Shown here in pieces: positions 60,601 to 64,000 of a stretch of DNA of 64,000 bases (position 1 is the stretch's first letter; every line of letters begins with the position of its first letter). The notes under the pieces are model-generated. The model ran no database searches and was not told the origin of the DNA. It saw nothing but the letters and a program-made list of their open reading frames with translations. The DNA comes from Flectonema sp. DT1601 (Eukaryota). Made by a program: the position numbers and the translations under genes. The stretch is from contig OZ025793.1 in NCBI GenBank assembly GCA_964019425.1, positions 62,001 through 126,000 on the forward strand, given 5' to 3'.

Positions 60601-61531
60601 GACCAAAACATTTTCCAAAAACTCCATCACTGTCACGTCCTGGGCTGAGTGGAGCGGAACCTCTGGGTGAAAGAGGTATTCCATTAAACTGTTTTGTAGG
60701 TGTTTGCATTGCCGCATTACTAACGTCACGAGACAGTTTTGCTAGCGGACCCGCTAGAGCCCGTTGAGCTGCTTGAGTGTGATCTGGATTAACATCTGCG
60801 AAGACCAAGTGAGCAACCTGTGCTGTTGAAGCTTCAGCTGGTGGAACACCTGCAGGAGTTTTTAACACTAAAAAGTGAAGGCAGTACGACAATCTATGAA
60901 TCACAGGCTTTAATGAAGGTGATGCAAGCAACTTGGACAAAGTCCTCACTACATCAGCAGCAGATGTTACGTAAATATAACGACCCGGCATAACACCTTC
61001 CACGTCTCCCCATTCAAGCTCTGCAGGGACCTGCTGTTTTATATTCTTGAGTAGGTCAGTAGCTTTAGTAGGTGTCGTCATAAAACAAGAGAATCCCATT
61101 CTAACAGAGAAGGCATCCTTTCCACTTCGGACGAGTACTTGCATTTCATTAAATAATTTTTTAATAACTCGAAGAGCAATTCCATCTGTTGGTCGAATAG
61201 AAGTCATCTCATCCTCATTTTCAAATAAAGGAGTCTCTCCGAATAGTACCCCAAGAGGTAGTTGTGGAGGACGTATTCCAAGTCTTACAAAAGATGTCGC
61301 CTGAGTACCCTTCAGCACTCCCAACAGTTGTTCTTCAAGTGAACTATAGACATGAGATGCTGGTGATGAAGCATTGAACACTTTGTCAATACTGACTTGT
61401 CCTTGAACTGAGTCACCAAAGTAATCTAACTTAACCCTTCCATCAGTATCTTCAGAAACACTCGAATGTTGAAATAAAGGCTCTGCATCACTATGCGCCT
61501 CGTCGACAGCCCAAAGGGCTGAGACCGCCAT
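57623..61531 (-). CDS. Long coiled-coil protein with a degenerate kinesin-like N-terminus; exons 61531-58730, 58629-58553, 58484-57623
   Basis: Phase-consistent introns join two track ORFs; IDKVF..VY..GIALRVIKKLF..FSVRMGF..DLL. Confidence 0.75.
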
Positions 61532-62607
61532 TTCCCGTGGCCTCCTTTAGTAAGGTAAGATAAGAATAATAAAATAATTCAAATGATTATAAGAATAGTA
61601 CGCTACGCTATCCTCACTTCTTGTGGACCTGTAATTTAAATAAATTGTGTAATCAAACAGTAATAAGTGATTACCATACAGATTTCTAATTATGAACTCA
61701 ATTCGATACAGAGATCGGATGAGACCACCAAAAAGATTTCATACAAAAAATAACAACAATCTCTCTGAGAAATTCGTTTTCAGAGACACAACATTGAAGT
61801 TTGGGGAAAATCGAATAGTTAAGTTTAGTTTAGTTTAGTTAGCAAAATACAAACTGATGACTACGAGGGGTCTGGGTAGCCCGCATCAGTAAGGACCCAA
61901 TCGCGAAGATTGTAGTTTCATAGTATTGGCTGGAAGTGATCGACTTCCAGCCTCCACCTTGCCCAGAGGCTAACAGGTTGTAAACAAGAAAAGAAAATAA
62001 AAGAGAAATTATCTGGGAGTGGGGGGAAGGTGAAAAAAATAAAAAATCTTCTTTCTTTCATTCTTTATAATACGACCACATGTGCCATATGCCCACACTC
62101 CACGAAAGAAAATAGAAACCCCCGGAACAGTACCGAGGATCGTTCACCCCCAGTTGTCCTTCCTAAAAAAATAAAGACCACTAAATGTTTTAAAGGTAAT
62201 TGTTCGTATCATTGCCTTGTTCCTGTTTGCATTTAAAGTGAAAAGACGGGGAGAGAAAGTTCTAAACACAAATCAACAATGCGCACAGAAATAGGCAACT
62301 TTTATTTGAAAATAATAATAATTAATAATCCAAGAAGAATATTTTGTTTAGTAAATTGACAACTAACGACTGCCGTCGTGAGTAAAGCAACCGAATGAGA
62401 GAAGAGCAATATTGTTGCCCGAGATCTTACTGTTTTGTGAGAAATAAGGGGAACCCAATGTGCTGCCAAGTGACAAGTACAAATTTGTAAAAGTTAGGGA
62501 GGAAAAATTGTAAGTTTTTCTTTTTTTTTTTTTTTTTTTTGTTGGTTAATCCTAAAAGCACCAAAAAATTGAAAAATGATAACGGCGGCTTTCTGATTTG
62601 GATAGTT

Positions 62608-63983
62608 TTAAATAACTTTCGTAAATGTTTCCTGTTCAATCTCCTCATCATCGATAACAACATCTTGTCTTTGACGTCTTCCAACTATGAATATGAATAT
62701 CAAAATGATGAACACTAATGTTACAGTTATAAAATATACAGATAAACTAATAAAGAATTCATCTGGTATTGATGATGATAATGATGAACTCTCACGTTCA
62801 CAAATAGTTAGCGCTGGTGTGTCACTGTCGTTATATGATTGAAGAAAACAACCGAAAACCTTTCCAAGTAACTTAACATTAGGAGCGTAACCCTTTGCCA
62901 CGTCCCAATTTCCCATAAGGTTCTCACAAATATAAGTACTACATATATCCATAGCACTGAGCAATGCTGGAACACTACCTTCAGGACAGTAACCATCAGC
63001 AACAATAAGTGGTAAACACATGCTGGGTATTGGTGCAGGTGTTGGGATTGGTGTTGTAAACGGTTGACAGATAGTGAATTCGACATTACCGAAATCGTAT
63101 GTTTCAATGTGGCAGCCGAACCCATTTCCGGTAATTCTTTTTCCTGAAGTAGCACATTTCGCCATATCATAAGTATCAAGAAGATGATTACAGATATAAG
63201 GTCTACACAACTCTACTTGACTAAGAAATGCAGGAACTAAATGCGAAGGACAGTCTCCCCTAACAATAGAAAGATCACCGCAGCTATTCAGTGATGGTGT
63301 TGGTGTCGGGGGTGGTGTTGGAATGTGTGGTCTGCACAGCGTAGCTTCACTTCGAGGACCATCTTTAAGATAACACCCATATCCAGGACCATAAAGTGAG
63401 ACTGACGGATCAGCTCCTCCAGCTATCTCCCAACCGCTCAAAACATAAGTACAGATGTAATCTGAACAGGATTTTAAAACATTTAGAGGGATCGGTTCTG
63501 TACCAAAAGGACAGGTTTTATTATTTATCACTGAAATGTAACCACACATATGTGATGTCGGTGCTGGTGGTGGAGGTGGTGTTGGAATTGGCTGACATAG
63601 AGTAGTACCATTAAAGGTTCCATGTTTTAGTTTACATTGATATCCAAGACCATAAAGCATCATTGACTCATCAGCTCCTCTAGCAATCTCCCACTGACTT
63701 ATAATGTACGAACAGATATAACCATAACAGGATTGTAAAATATTAAGTGGTAGTGCTTCTGTACCATGAGGACAGGTATCTGACTGAACTACTGTAATAT
63801 AACCACACAAATTATCTGGCGCTGGTAGACGACTCACTCCCAAGGTTGAGCTTACACTCTGTGTTGTTGTTTGTTGTTTTTTTTTTTTTTTTGTATTTCT
63901 TGTTTTTTTTTCTTCGTTAAAAATTAATAACACATAACACACACCATTAATAATATCGTCACCAGTTTGGTTACGTGGATCAT
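62608..63983 (-). CDS. Type I membrane protein with four Cys-rich repeats; exons 63983-63945 and 63858-62608
   Basis: Splicing creates the signal peptide MIHVTKLVTILLMSVSS; 4x C..CP.G..P..C..YIC..W.IA..G.G.GC..T.C with PT linkers; C-terminal TM. Confidence 0.85.
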
Positions 63984-64000
63984 ATTTCTTTTTTTTTCCC

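Noticed and set aside
1..64000. tRNA or spliced-leader RNA genes
   Set aside because: None recognised by eye; tRNAscan-SE and Infernal were not run

Overview
AT-rich eukaryotic DNA in which about 28 protein genes all lie on the minus strand as one unidirectional cluster, with short GT-AG introns. A stand-alone N-terminal half of SDH2, the one-strand layout and frequent introns point to a euglenozoan, probably a diplonemid (inference). Recognisable genes: RPS16 x2, RPL35A, NAA20, CNOT2, SDH2N, PIG-F, ceramide synthase, kinesin-3, and BTB, PDZ, J-domain and LRR proteins. Mobile DNA: a Penelope-like RT reading frame that the ORF track missed (it runs off the left edge), a deleted piggyBac with TTAA and TIRs, and an LSU rRNA fragment. 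The main signal is a modular repeat family of about 9 kb in four arrays, each inside an intron of a different gene and all in the same orientation. Read on the host-sense (minus) strand, the modules fold as 67-70 nt single-hairpin box-AGA RNAs plus a double-guide box C/D RNA complementary to a conserved LSU rRNA segment, and several array ends fall on predicted RNA ends. My reading is shuffled, dispersed, intron-hosted snoRNA clusters. All folds and homologies were judged by eye and need computational and RNA confirmation.
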